64,000 nucleotides of DNA. Source: Gracilinanus agilis (taxonomy: Eukaryota). Numbering within the stretch: the stretch's first letter is position 1; each line of letters opens with the position of its first letter. Position numbers and translations under genes: made by a program. Below, piece by piece: positions 34,629 to 47,050 of this stretch. Below the pieces are notes generated by a model, which was not told the origin of the DNA, did no database searches, and saw only the letters and a program-made list of their open reading frames with translations. The stretch lies in the NCBI RefSeq assembly GCF_016433145.1, contig NC_058133.1, positions 520,915,806-520,979,805 of the forward strand. Direction: 5' to 3'.

Positions 34629-34819
34629 CCTCCACTCTGGCCTCCCTTAGCCACTGGCACCCCCTTCTTTCTAGCCTTTCCTCACTCGGTCTCTTTCCAG
34701 CAGACACCTTTGAATAATCTCCAGATTCTTGTTCCAGGTCCTCTTCCCTTCTGTCTGTGCACAACTGCCTGGTGATCTCAGCAGCTCCCCTGGACTAGAA
34801 TAATGACCATCAGGGTATC

Positions 34820-35040
34820 TAGGCAAGCAGTGCATAGAGCACAGGTCTAGAGTTCAAATTCAGCCTCAGATGTGTACTGCTGGGGTGACCCTGGGGAAGT
34901 CACTTAACCCTGTTGGTGTCAGCTTCATTATCTGTCAAATGAGCCAGAGAAGGAAATGGCCGACCTCTCCAGTATCTCTGCCAAGGAAAACCCAGATGGG
35001 GTCACAAAGAGTCACATGCAACCAAACACCTGAGCAAATG
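34820..35040 (+). mobile_element. MAR1-like SINE (tRNA head, CORE, RTE-type tail)
   Basis: CORE followed by gagaaggaaatggc...ccagtatctctgccaaggaaaaccc...gggtcacaaagagtc. Confidence 0.8.
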
Positions 35041-36020
35041 CATGCTGACAATGCTTCCATCTACCTTTCTTCCCTGGCCTCCGTGCTGCCCTGTGGTCTC
35101 ATGTCTCCACTGGACGAATGTCCAGTAGACGACCCCTCCCCGCTGTCCTTACCTATGCCTTACCCCTTCCCCAGTGCTGGTTGGTGCCTAAGCCAGTCAC
35201 ATCTGTCTGGTGCTCCCCCACCTGGGCTAAGGTAAAAGTATGTCTTAGGACCTCCCCACTCTGGGCCATTCCACCGCAATATTCTCTTCTTCAATCAGCT
35301 CTACTGGCAGCCAATGGCCTCTGGGATCCAACAGAAAACCCTCTGCTTGGCCTTCAAAGCCTAACCCCCTTTGCCTGGTCCTTCTTACTCTTCTGCCAGA
35401 GATTCTGTACAGATTGGAAGACAGAAGATAACACTTTAAAAACACAAGAATCTCCATGGTGCTGATCGGGCCGTTCCCATTAGCTAGCAATCACCTCTAG
35501 AGGTTTTTTGTCTCTAGGACAAAATCTCAACCCATTTATGAACGCCCTTCATGGCCTGAACCCCTGTTCAACCTTGGCGCACACAGCCACCCTTCTTCCC
35601 CACGCCTGAGCCTTCCCACACACCAGGAATCAGTCTGCCTGTTTCCTCAGCCACAAAAAAATCCCACCCAATCTCCATCCAGCAGGAATTCTTCCTCCCT
35701 CCCTCCCAAAGCACCTTCTAGTTATTCCGTAACCACTTGTCAAGAAAGGAGCAGGCAGGGCAGCCAGAAGAGAGCTGGAGTCCAGGCCCACTTCGGACAT
35801 TTCTGGCTAGGTGACCCTGAAGAAGTCACTTACTCCCTCGATGCTCTGACCCCGCATCAACAGAGGGAGCGAGCTCCCCACAGCAATGAAAGCCCAGGTT
35901 CAGGCCTTCTCTCTCTCCCAACACCCTCGCTATCCGCCCTGATGGAAGGCAAGTTTCTGAGGGCACACAGGAGGCCTCAATGCTGGGGGGCTGTGAAGAC
36001 CCCATGATTTTGGCACGTAC

Positions 36021-36132
36021 CATTCAGCTCCTGGCGATTGGCCCGTGTGGAATCGAGCTGAGACCACAGTTGCTGGATCTCTTCGTGAGACTGCACCTTC
36101 AGTTCTTCATAGGAGGCTTGAAGTGTGTCCAG
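36021..36132 (-). CDS. PCNT: Pericentrin exon (LDTLQASYEELKVQSHEEIQQLWSQLDSTRANRQELN)
   Basis: 112 nt, phase 0-1, G|gtacgt donor. Matches human LENLQASYEDLKAQSQEEIRRLWSQLDSARTSRQELS. Confidence 0.96.
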
Positions 36133-36621
36133 CTGCGCAGAAGGGGAACATTACCCATCAGACAAGGCTATTCTGGCCTCCAGGAAGCCAATGGTGGCTT
36201 TGCTCCTGACTCGAGGACAGGTTTCAGACCCCGGGATGCAGGGGAGCTGCCTAGAGGCTTGAATGGGCCGGGTGCTTCCGGGAGGGGCCCCTCAGACAGA
36301 TGGCAGAGCAGCAGCCCAACGGGCAGGGCACTGCCCTCCCTCAACACAAACTTCCTCAGCCACAAGCCAGGGTGGCAACACCTGCTGTGGTAGTGTCGGG
36401 GAGCTCAGAGGAGAAGAATGCACACTCAAGGCACAAGTAAACTGCTCACACGCACACACATGCTCATGAGCTGTTCGGGTCCCCAATACCGATGCCAAGT
36501 GGGCAGAGGGTCATCCCCGGGAGAAGCAGGCCTCCTCGAAGGTGACGGACGGCAGAATGCCAGGATGTGATCACCACCCCAAACCAAGAGGGTTTCCAGG
36601 GAACCCTGCCTGGGCACCCAC

Positions 36622-36746
36622 CTCTCTCTGCTTTTCTTGGAATTTCAGGTTCGCGTCTTCCAAATACTGGTCATGCTGAAGCTGCAGCTCTTGGCGAAGG
36701 TCCTGCAGCGCCACCTGGTGCTGGGCTCTCAGGCTCCTGAGAGTGG
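36622..36746 (-). CDS. PCNT: Pericentrin exon (TLRSLRAQHQ...KFQEKQRE)
   Basis: ttctcttccag| acceptor, GAG|gtgggt donor, 125 nt, phase 1-0. Matches human ALRNLESHHQAAIEKLREDL. Confidence 0.92.
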
Positions 36747-37063
36747 CTGGAAGAGAAGCAGCTGGGGGTTGAGGCTCCAGTGGACAGGATGGACCTGCTG
36801 CCCCCAAGGGAGCTCAGTCAGAGAGGAAGGTGGCTGGACCCTCCTTCAAAGGCAGAAAGGCAGCCCCCTTCCTTGCTCATCCGTAGCCCTGGACACCGGG
36901 CCTTATTCCCATCCCTGGATCCTCCCTCAAAGACACCCCGGGAGACAGGTCGAGGCCGGACATGCCATCAGGTCTTCCTGACGGGGGCACCACACGCACC
37001 AGGACTAATGAGGGCTCCAGGGAATCCTCCTCCAAGCCTTCAGGGGCCCCAGAAGCCCCTTAC

Positions 37064-37238
37064 CTTCAGCCTGGGCCTTGTCATGGCCCATCTTCTCGAG
37101 CTCTGCCTTCTGCTCGGCCAGTTGGGCCCTCAGAGCCTCGCGCGTGCTCTCCATTTCTGCCTGGTGCTTCGTGGACAGCTCTTCCTGCAACCTCCTCAAG
37201 GAAGAGTCCCTCTCCGAGGCCCAGTCTCCCCGGAGAGT
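37064..37238 (-). CDS. PCNT: Pericentrin exon (TLRGDWASERD...GHDKAQAE)
   Basis: 175 nt, phase 0-1, donor G|gtaagg. Matches human TLKEDWESEKD...FQDKNQAE. Confidence 0.95.
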
Positions 37239-37573
37239 CTGGGAAAACAGCAAAGACAGATCACAGGCCCTTCTGGCACACCCCTGCATGGTCCCAGGTC
37301 CAGGGAAAGGAGGGAGAGGAGACCAGCAGGGGGCGATCATGGAACCCCTCCCAGGCTGGCAAAGGGCTCACTACATCTTGGGGCGTCAGATCCTCACCCC
37401 CACGCAGCAGTCAAGACGTTGGTGAGCCCTCGCTTGACAGGAAAGGGAAGAAACCCACCTGAGTCCTCGAGTCACTAAGCTTGTGTAGGGGGAGCCCCAC
37501 TCCTGTACCCTACCACCCCCAGACCAACCCTGACAAAAAGCAAACCACGCCCACCCAAGGCAGCATGGGATAC

Positions 37574-37629
37574 CTCCAACGTCTGGGCCTGTGTCTCCAC
37601 TTCTAATTCCAGCTTTTTTTCCAAGTCGG
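37574..37629 (-). CDS. PCNT: Pericentrin exon (ADLEKKLELEVETQAQTLE)
   Basis: ttttctatttcag| acceptor, GAG|gtatcc donor, 56 nt, phase 1-0. Matches human AELKEKLQSEMEKNAQIVK. Confidence 0.9.
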
Positions 37630-39699
37630 CTGAAATAGAAAAGAGGGCCCACCCTGAACCCAAAGGAGCTTTACAACAGCCCCAGGCACCAGACTTGCCC
37701 AGGCCTCAGTCAAGTGCTTCCAGGGTGCCAGCAATCCTGTCCCTCAACTATGGGGGGGTGCAGCCCCAGTGTTGGGGGAGCCAGAAGGAGGACATGGCCA
37801 CGGTGGGGCCTCCAGCATCAGAACTATGCCCGCTGGTCCCCAGGGGCAGGCCAGAGGGCACCGGAGGCCAAGCCATACATTCAAGCTGCCAACACTGAGG
37901 GAAGCCAAAAGCACACGGTCCTCAGAGGTGCGCGGAAAGATTCTGGGTGATTTTCAGACCTTTCTTCATGAGCTCCACACGGCAACCACGTCCCGTCTAG
38001 GGGAGCCGAACGAAGAAACCTTTGAAAAATCACCTGCACCTGGTCAAGGCTTCCACGCACAAGGAGAGTCTGGCCCAAAGAATCTCGCCCCCAAAGGTTT
38101 GCAAGAAAACAGGCCCAGCCTGCTATGTTGTACCAAGACCCAGCCGGCCTGGATGTGCTACTTGGCCCCAGCAAGGGTAATGGGCACCAAAGGGGCCGAG
38201 AGAGCTGAGGCCTGGCAGCCACCTCAGCCACAACCACGTGGAGCCAGGGGCACCTCTCTGACCGAGAATGACACCCTCAGGAGGAACCCCAGGGAGGACC
38301 CTTCTCCAAAGGTGGTGTGGGGACCCCAACAGGTCTCCCCTGGGGGCTCCTGAGAAATAATGGGAAGACCTAAATATTAATCAATGTAACCCACAAAAGC
38401 TTTGGGGAACCCTCACTCATTCTTAAGAGCTTAAAGGAGTCCTGAGACCCTGGGCTGCTCCCAGCTCCCAGCCACCCCATTCCCCGAGCTGGTTCCAGCC
38501 CTCCTGGGCCCTCACTTTCCAAAGGAAGGAACAGAGGCTCCAGGCCTCGCCCCAAGTTAGCTGCACAACACAGACTAGAGTCCAAGGAGCCCACACCAGC
38601 TGTGATCTTGGCAAACACTTAGAAGGATGCTTCTCCTGGCCACGAGGAGTACCAGGGCCCCAACCTCGTAAAACCACATTCCGAGGTGACACCAGAATTC
38701 GGAGTTTCCTCTCCGCATCTTATTACAGCTCCAGCATTGGCCGTTCAACCCAGATTCTTTTTTGTAGAGCATCCCCCCACCCCAAGGGTCTAGCCTCCTC
38801 TTCCTCTCAGGCCTCGGTGCTGCGATGACCATCCAAGCCATTTGGACTCACTGACCCTGCTCGCCTGTCCCAGGTCCTTCTTGCCCACCACTTGGGGGCC
38901 CCCTTTCTCTCAAAGTGTCAGCGGTCTCAAATGCCACCTCAGGGGAGGCTCTCTTTTCTCAGTCTTCCCTGCCCTGCCTTCTCTCCATCCAGATACAGCT
39001 CTAGGGTGCTTGGTTCCCTGGGCTCCAGGGCCAGCATGCCTGCTCTCTCTGGATCTCTCTGGGTCTCTCTGTCCCCTTCTCTGACGACGGCTTCATTCTC
39101 AACCTCTATCACGGGGTCATAATGGATCTCCTACCTCTAAGCAGCTGCGGTCCCTCAACCATCTGTCCAAGGACTTCCCGGCTGCTTGCTGCACACACCT
39201 TCCTGGGCGATAGCATCCCCTCCCAAGGGTCCGAGCATCAGCTCAAGGCAGAGAGCCCTCCAGATTAGCATCAAGGCCTATGAACACTTTGGTGCCAGGC
39301 CTGCTGCTCAGAGCCCCCACCCCAGGGGCAAGGCCCTCCCTCTGCCAAGGGCTCGTCACACCTTCTCACCACTTAGAAGGGGTCCTTGAGAGCAGCCTCA
39401 GGAGCACTGAGGTGAAGCAATTTGCTCTGAGTCAGGGCCAGCCCATGTCCCAGGCCCTGAGGCTGAGGCCGGTTCTCTCTCTACTGGGCTACACTATCCC
39501 ATAGACGTATGCCCACGGGGTCAGATTTATCCCTCAAATGGACTCTAGAACAGAGCTAATAACCCAACTAAAGAAGGGAGCTCTGGGCCTAGCAACTTCT
39601 CCAAAAACCCCCAGTGATGAGCTGGGGGTTGAAGCCAGTTCTGAGCCCTCAAACCCAGGAGGCTCACGAGCATCTTCCATACCACAGGTCCAAGAGGGA

Positions 39700-40260
39700 G
39701 GCGACCCCCTGCGCCCTCCTCTCCACGTCCCTATCTCAGCTGAGGGCACCACTGCCACCCTGCCCATTAGCCCAGGGGCTGCCTGCTTCTGAGTCCCAGC
39801 TCTCCATCACTCCCTTCTCTCCACTCAGAAAGTCACTCCTTGTGGCCATCACATCACGCCTTAACTAGTCTTTCTTCTTCATTCCGTCTCCCCACTCTGG
39901 CCTACACAGTTTTCTGTTCTACTCCTGCTCAAAAGCCTTCGGTGGCTCCCAATGGCCTTTGAAGGAAAAAGATCCTGCATGCAATGGCACTGACCCAACT
40001 AGGCCAAATGGTTTCCTATCTGCCTTTTCTAGGCTGGGTCTTAGCCCTGGAATTCACTCACTGCTGCCTCATTTCTATCTTGCAGAATCCTTCTTTTCCA
40101 CGGCCTTGTCAGACACCATCTCCCCTCCTTTCCTCAAATATTCCGGGGGCTACTCTGGGCCTGAGATGTTCCCTGCTCCCGTCACTCCTTGCCCTTTGAT
40201 CTAACCACCACCCTTGCACATGTCCTCAATACTTTCTCCCAGACTCGAGTCTGAAGACAG
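39700..40260 (+). mobile_element. L2 LINE fragment
   Basis: ctcctgctcaaaagccttcggtggctcccaatggcc is typical of L2. Confidence 0.55.
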
Positions 40261-40669
40261 GGGCTTAGCAGCACAGACCTGGGAGGATCTGGGCAGTCAG
40301 CGCAACAGCTGGTGAGGGCAAAAGGAGAAAACGCGGACCAAATCAGCTCGGGAGGCAGGGCAGGGCAGGGCAGTGGAGAGAGCTGGTCTGGGAGGCTGAA
40401 ATCAAGCCCTGGCGCACATTCATTCTCCCTCTCCCTCCCTCTGTTCCCATCTTCCTCTGTGTCTCTCTCCCTCTCCTTCGCCCTCTCTCTCCCAGGCAGA
40501 TATCTAAGGCTACCATCACACAGAGAAGGTGCTGAGCGACTCTAGGAGCTGTTGTCTACAGCAGTGATGGGCAAACGCAGGCCAGAGGTGGCCCCCTGTA
40601 ATGCTCTACCCGCCCGCACAACATTCTTCCTCATCTGACGGACACAATACAATAAAACTCGAAGGAGTT

Positions 40670-40868
40670 GGGGGTAGCTGGGTAGCTCAGTGGATTGAGA
40701 GCCAGGCCTAGAGACGGGAGGTCCTGGGTTCAAATATGGCCTCAGCCACTTCCCAGCTGTGTGACCCTGGGCAAGTCACTTGACCCCCATTGCCTACCCT
40801 TACCACTCTTCCACCTATAAGTCAATACACAGAAGTTAAGGGTTTAAAAAATTTAAAAAAAAAAAAAA
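40670..40868 (+). mobile_element. Young SINE
   Basis: Full head, poly-A, TSD aaaactcgaaggagtt / aaaactcaaaggagtt. Confidence 0.93.
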
Positions 40869-41271
40869 AAAACTCAAAGGAGTTGCCTTAGAAACAGACT
40901 GACAGGAGCATCTCCTTTCCTTTGGCCCCTCTGTGAGAAGTTTGCCCATCACTGGGCTACACCAATGAAAGCACAGGCCTGATCCCAAAAGACAGGCAGA
41001 AGCTGGGCTGAGCTAGAGCAGATTCCACCCAGCCCTGTGGGGTTAGCCCTGTGCTCGAGAAGAGTGAGAGGAAGAAGCAGAGGCAGCATTCTGGAAGGTC
41101 TCCTACCTGCAGAGACACCCATCCCCATGGCCTTTGCTAGGGTTGCACAGCCAGGATGAGCCTTGGCCCCTGGGCTAGCCCAAGCTGGGCTGCAGAGGAT
41201 CCCCCTTCTGGGGCTGGTGCCCAGAGCCCTTGTTCCCCCAGAAGAAGCCCTCAAAGGGTAGCGCAGCATAC

Positions 41272-41527
41272 CTCGCTCCTGCTGGTGCTTCAAGGCCATT
41301 TCTTCCTTCTCCTTGCGATGCTGCTCTCTGACATGCTCCAGCTCAAACTGCAGGCGGCTCTGGAGGAGGGCCACCTCCTGAGCTCGCTTGTCATTAAGCA
41401 TCTCTCGCAGCTCCACCAGGGCCGTCTCCTTCTCCTTCCGCAGGTTTGCCTGGGTCAGCTCCAGCTGGGCCGTGTGCATGTTGCTCAGGCTCAGGCGAAG
41501 GGCCTCCAGTTCCAGGGTGTGGAGAGT
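41272..41527 (-). CDS. PCNT: Pericentrin exon with the conserved LELEALRLSLSNMHTAQLELTQANL motif
   Basis: Near-identical to recalled human PCNT LELEALRLSLSNMHTAQLELTQANLQKEKETALTELREMLN. gcag| acceptor, G|gtatgc donor, 256 nt, phase 0-1. Confidence 0.97.
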
Positions 41528-41579
41528 CTGCAAGGGACAAAAATCATGATTTAGGCCTCTCTTCAGGCACCTGGAGCAG

Positions 41580-42180
41580 GAAGAGACGGAGGAGGAGGAA
41601 GAGAAGAAGGAGGAGGAGCAGGAGAAGGAGGAAAAGAAGGAGAAGGAGGAGGAGGAGGAGGAGGAGGAGGAGGGGAAGGGNNNNNNNNNNNNNNNNNNNN
41701 NNNNNNNNNNNNNNNNNNNNNNNNNNNNNNNNNNNNNNNNNNNNNNNNNNNNNNNNNNNNNNNNNNNNNNNNNNNNNNNNNNNNNNNNNNNNNNNNNNNN
41801 NNNNNNNNNNNNNNNNNNNNNNNNNNNNNNNNNNNNNNNNNNNNNNNNNNNNNNNNNNNNNNNNNNNNNNNNNNNNNNNNNNNNNNNNNNNNNNNNNNNN
41901 NNNNNNNNNNNNNNNNNNNNNNNNNNNNNNNNNNNNNNNNNNNNNNNNNNNNNNNNNNNNNNNNNNNNNNNNNNNNNNNNNNNNNNNNNNNNNNNNNNNN
42001 NNNNNNNNNNNNNNNNNNNNNNNNNNNNNNNNNNNNNNNNNNNNNNNNNNNNNNNNNNNNNNNNNNNNNNNNGAAGAAGGAGGAGGAGCAGGAGAAAGAG
42101 GAAAAGGAGAAGGAGGAGGAAGTGGAGGAAAAGGAGAAGCTGGAGGAGGAGGAGGAAGAGAAGGAGGAGGAGGCAGCTGT
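41580..42180. repeat. (GGA/GAA)n purine tract interrupted by an assembly gap (about 41681-42072)
   Basis: Read directly on both sides of the N run. Confidence 0.9.
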
Positions 42181-43199
42181 GGGGCTGCGGGGCTGTGGGG
42201 TTGGGGAGCCTCTCACATGAGGAAAGATCTCCTCAAGGGCTGGAGTGAGACCGATGACAGAGGCAGGAGGCTCTGGGGGGGCCACTCCTTTCTGTCTACT
42301 GTGCTGAGGCCTGGTCCCGTAGCAGGCAGCCCTTCTATTGGTAGCAGTGACCCTCTGTGCTCATTTGTGACCAGAGGCCAACCCTCTCTGACAAGGCTGG
42401 GCTTCCATGCTGGCCTTCTAGCTGACCCTCACTAGGGAACAATGCTCCCCAGGGCCTCATGCAAGAGCAAAGGAACAAACACTCGACCAGCACGTGCTGG
42501 CTGACTAGCCAAGGTGGCCATCACCTAATGCTTGCTGTGTTTCCCAAAGGAACTTTGGTTGGGCAGATTGACCAGGACCCCAGTGGGTGGGCAGCCCCCT
42601 TGGGTGGCCTGTTCTGGAACCCGGCTGTGCCTCCCCAAGCTCCCTATTGGTCCACCTGTGCCCCCTTGGCTGCCCCCTCCAGACTCCATATAAGGTGAGC
42701 CCTCTCACTTATCCCCTGAGGCCAGAGGCCAGCAGGCTCCCTGCTCCTAGAAGCTCTCTCAGCAGTTCTTTCTCCTTCAAACTTCTGTCCACCCACCCAC
42801 ATCACTCAGTCCTGGGTCTTGCCACTCCATGACATAAAGGCCACAGTACGAGGGACAACCCTCTATTCTGTTAAAGGCTCTGGTCTCAAACACTGGAGAG
42901 ACTGAGACAAAAGTGAAAAGAGCCCCAGGCTCCAAGAACATATATTCTACTGGGGTAGGGTGGAAAGACAGGAAAAGCGGCTGGCAAAACACAAAACACA
43001 CCCCAGTTAACTTCAGGGCGATGGGAGAGAGAGAGCGAATCACCCTGAATTCAAGGTGCACCAAAAGCCAGAAAGGTCTTAAGTGACACCGAAGCTCAGT
43101 CTGGAGGGATCTTGGGATCCCAAGGGGCAGATATGAGAAGGGAGAGCATCCCTGTATGAGGCCCAGACACTGCGAAGGCAAGCAGAGAGAAAGCCTTTG

Positions 43200-43988
43200 G
43201 CCAATCAGTCAACAAACATCCTTTGGGTGCTGCCTATGTGCCAGGTAAGGGCTGGGCAAGGGAAACCAGAGAGGGGCAAAACCACACACCGAGTCCCTAT
43301 CCTAGAGGAGCTCAACCAATCAGGGACTTCCATGGGAAATTGCCAGGGACTCAGAAGTCAAAGTGAGGAGGAAAGGCATGCTGGGAACAGAGGGCAGCCC
43401 CCCCAGTACAAAAGGCAAACGTTTAAGATGGAGCATCAGTGTTGAAAGAACAGCAAGTAGGTCTGTCAATGTGAGAATGGAAGCCAATGTCAGAAGACTG
43501 GCAAGATCAGAGGAGGCCAGGTCAGGAAGGGAATTGAGAAGCCCACGTATGGAGGCTCCATTTGATAACGACCAGAGATGACTGAGCAGGGAGATGACAG
43601 GCAGATCTATCCTCTAAGAAAATCACTTGGGCAGCAAACTGGAGGGACCCCGAGATGGCAGAGACCAATCAGAAGGCTACCATGGCAGGCCAGGCAGGAG
43701 GGGGTGAAGGCCTGTCATGGGGAAACATCTCTGAGAGTATAAAGAAGAGGACTCCCACCAAAAAGGCTGCAGAGATAAAACCAACAAGATCTGGCAGCTG
43801 AAGGGATGGAGTCAAGGGCAACTCTGGGAGCCTGGGAAGACGGTGGAGGGCATGCCCTAACAGCAAATAACAGCCATGTTGGGAATCCTTGTTGGCTGAC
43901 TGAAGAGGCATAGGGATGGGGAGGGGAAGAGAATGAGTCTGAGACACCTCCATGACACCCAGGACAGAACATCTAAAAGGAAGATGGA
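43200..43988 (-). mobile_element. L2 LINE fragment (host of the LTR at 43989)
   Basis: caatcagtcaacaaacatcc...tatgtgccagg is the reverse complement of an L2 3' end. Confidence 0.6.
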
Positions 43989-44539
43989 TGTAGGAGGCCA
44001 ATAAGAGAAACAGAGTCTCAGATAGATAAAAATCTGGGACTCCTCTTTGACCCCTTTTGTGATCCACACCTTTTCTTGTTGAAGGGTGTTGTGGCCTTAT
44101 TGGAAAGCTTTAAGCTCTTAGCAAACCAGTAGTCAAGAAGTCAACATTCTTCCCCTTTGGTCAGAAATGCAGCTGCTTGGCAAGTCAAGGCCGAAACCTT
44201 AGTTTAGGGGCATTTCGCCCCTGAGAAATGTATTCTCAGACTTAGCTTGCTGATAATCACGCAGCTGAAGGTCCAGCCTGGTTCTTATCTTCACCTTGAA
44301 GTTTCTGAGGTTTCTGTGTGTTGTCTAAACTAATTGCAACGTCTATGAAGCTGTAAAACTCTCTCGGTACTTTTGGAGTGAAAGGGAACTTTGATTTCAT
44401 ATATAATAAACTTGTGGCTCAATGGCACTTTGGAGAAGCAACTATGAGTTAGCAGTCAAGATCATCTCCCCTCTCCTGTTTCTTTATCAACTAAGCCGTC
44501 CTTATCAGATTATCTGGAGATGATAAATAGATTTTGACA
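43989..44539 (+). mobile_element. Solo LTR (551 bp) with a 6-bp TSD, probably class II (betaretrovirus-like)
   Basis: TG...CA ends, TSD GATGGA (43983-43988, 44540-44545), AATAAA near 44406. Confidence 0.85.
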
Positions 44540-44998
44540 GATGGAAAAGCAGGACATGAGCCCAAGAGAGACAGGGCAAAGTGACGTGAGATCAGGCCAG
44601 AAAAAGAATGCATTCCATCCATGGAAGGGAGCCCAGATTTATTCCTTGAGTGGAGGGCCAGAAGACACCAGAAGGCTAATTTGGGGTTGATGTCAGGAAA
44701 ACAATGAGAGTTCCCTCTGCAAGGGGCGGCTTCTCATTCCCCGGAGCTCCTGAAAGAAACGCTAGAAGCAGATTTGTGAGGCATATGGCCCAGGGGAGTC
44801 TTATTCTGAGACAAGTTTAAGAAGAAATCTTACAGCACTGGACAATCTTGAAATACCTCAAAGGAGGCCTCTGGCCCACAAGGTGACCCTCTGGAGAGGG
44901 CCCCGAGAAGGTCATGAACCAAAATCACAGGGTGCCTGTTCAGGGCCCCCCCCCAAGTTTGAACCAAGCTCAGAGATCATGAGAAGCATGAAGTCTAC

Positions 44999-45175
44999 CT
45001 GCGCCTGGAGCTGGGCCTGCTGCATCTCTGCTCGGTGTGATGCATTCATTTGTTGCTGCAGCCCCTCCATCATCTGCTGGTGCTTGCTGTGAAGTCCCTC
45101 GCGTAGCTGTTTCATCTCCTCCTTATGTTTACTAACCAGCTCTGCGATCTCACGATCATGTTCTCGTTCATGGAT
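44999..45175 (-). CDS. PCNT: Pericentrin exon (IHEREHDREIAELVSKH...MQQAQLQAQ)
   Basis: ctgttttctctcgag| acceptor, CAG|gtagac donor, 177 nt, phase 0-0. Confidence 0.9.
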
Positions 45176-46399
45176 CTCGAGAGAAAACAGAGCAAGATCG
45201 TTGTGAGTACCCAGCTTAGGGAGAGAAAGGCCGGATGCAGGCTCCCAGCCACGAAGACACTTTCTGAGCGTTCACACGTGTGGCCCTCACGGGCTCAGGG
45301 GGGTTATTTACCAAACTGTCAAGAACAAAGAATCCCAATAGACACGTCTGCTTGTGAACGCCACCTCATTTTCTTTAGGAGGAAAACTTGGGCCTGATTC
45401 TAAGGCCTGACAAAGACGACTCAAAAAAAGAAAGGGAACAGTCAACACAAGCCGAAGCACCGCACCAAATGGCGGGAGGCCGATACATGAAGATGCGGAA
45501 AAAAACACACATCCAACCTTGGAGCATCAGAATCAGATAACGTTCTTAGCAGGTATGGAAAAGGCCTTCCACGAGATACGATATGACATTGATTTCTTTA
45601 AAAAAAGTCCATGAACAACTAACGAGGAATGGAAAAATTTCTTTCTTGCCCAAACCAAGACCATGTGCCCAACTCCAGTGTCACTAGGGGGTTCCAGATT
45701 TAGGGCTGAGCATGAGTGAGAGCATCCTGCAGTCTAGCCCCTCGTGTTCTGGAGGAAGTCTGGGTGACCACATGGATGATGATAAGCAGCCACAGGGGGA
45801 GAGGAACTCACATCCTCTGCAGTCCAACTCTGCCCTCAAATGCTAAGCCGAACAGGAGAGAGACTGTGTGAGCAGCAGGCAAAGCACACCAGGGGACCCC
45901 TACTTCCAAAGGACCCGATTTCTGAAACTCTTGGGACTGTACAAAACAGGGTAAAAAGAAAAAGATCGGCACCAGAGAGAGATCTTTGCATGTAGTCATG
46001 GTTTACCCTGAACAGCCACGGCTCTCAACACCAAAAGGTAGCCGTCTCCCAAAGGGAACCACTGGATCCCAGCTGAATCCAGCAGTCGTCAGCATTCCGG
46101 GGCACCACTACAAGGACCCTTTCTAACAACACCCAGCACCACTCCACCCAGACTGGGCCACTCTCTGAAGACAACAACAAAGCAGCAAATCCCTCCAGGA
46201 AGAGCCGGGAAACTCTCAACATTCTTGCATAGATAATGGGTGGAAAAGAACAGAAATGGCCCCATATCCCAAATTCAATATTCCCTTCTACCAGGAAGAA
46301 TCCAGAGATCAAGGCCTTCTTTCTAGCCCATAGCTTGATTCAGTCTGGTCCTCAGGGTGATAGGCTAAGGGCAGACTCTAGGCTGACTCCAGAGAAACA

Positions 46400-47050
46400 A
46401 TAACTCTCCCAATGTCTGATCCATTGTGAAAATTCCATTAAGGGGATTTTTAAAAGCATCACAAGAGCCAAGATGCTCTTTGCTACCACAAAAAGTCTGC
46501 TACAAATATCTGGCATGCATGGGGACTTTTTTCCTATCAAATACAATTTCTTGGTGGTATGCACCTCATAGTAGAATCTGGTTAAAAGGTCAGGTCATTT
46601 GAATCGCTTTATTTGCATGATATGAACTGCTTCGCAGCCCCACCAATGAAGGACCAGTGTGTCTATCTTCCCATAATCCCCCCAACAACGACCACTGCCA
46701 TCTTGTGTCACCTTTGCCAATTCCCAGAGGCCATGAGGGTTGTCCTGATTGGCATTTCTCTTATAAGTGATCAGGAACATTCTTTCATGCAGTTAATACC
46801 TTGCAATTCTTTTTGAGACCGGTTTTTCATGGCCTTTTTCGAATAGTAAGTTTGGGATCTCCATATAATACACCTATGTCTGTTGATTCTCTGTATCTCG
46901 GAAACCAAACCCCATTTGGCCAATGTGATACAAAGATCCTTTCCCCATTCAGCCAGCTCCCTCCTCGTCCCAGATGCATTCACTTGGTCGGTGTGGAAGT
47001 TTTTCTATTTCATTTATTAAATGATCTCTCATCTGTTGTAATCACCTCTG
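46400..47050 (-). mobile_element. Old L1 ORF2 C-terminal fragment
   Basis: The minus strand gives IC..LFVVAK and CW.DYGK..TL..HWWG, which resemble the L1 ORF2 C-terminus. Confidence 0.75.

Noticed and set aside
37769-38353. 194-aa plus-strand ORF
   Set aside because: No recognisable homology or splice signals; consistent with chance in GC-rich DNA.
41446-42435. Long Arg-, Gly- or Pro-rich ORFs
   Set aside because: Artefacts of the triplet repeat and the N gap.
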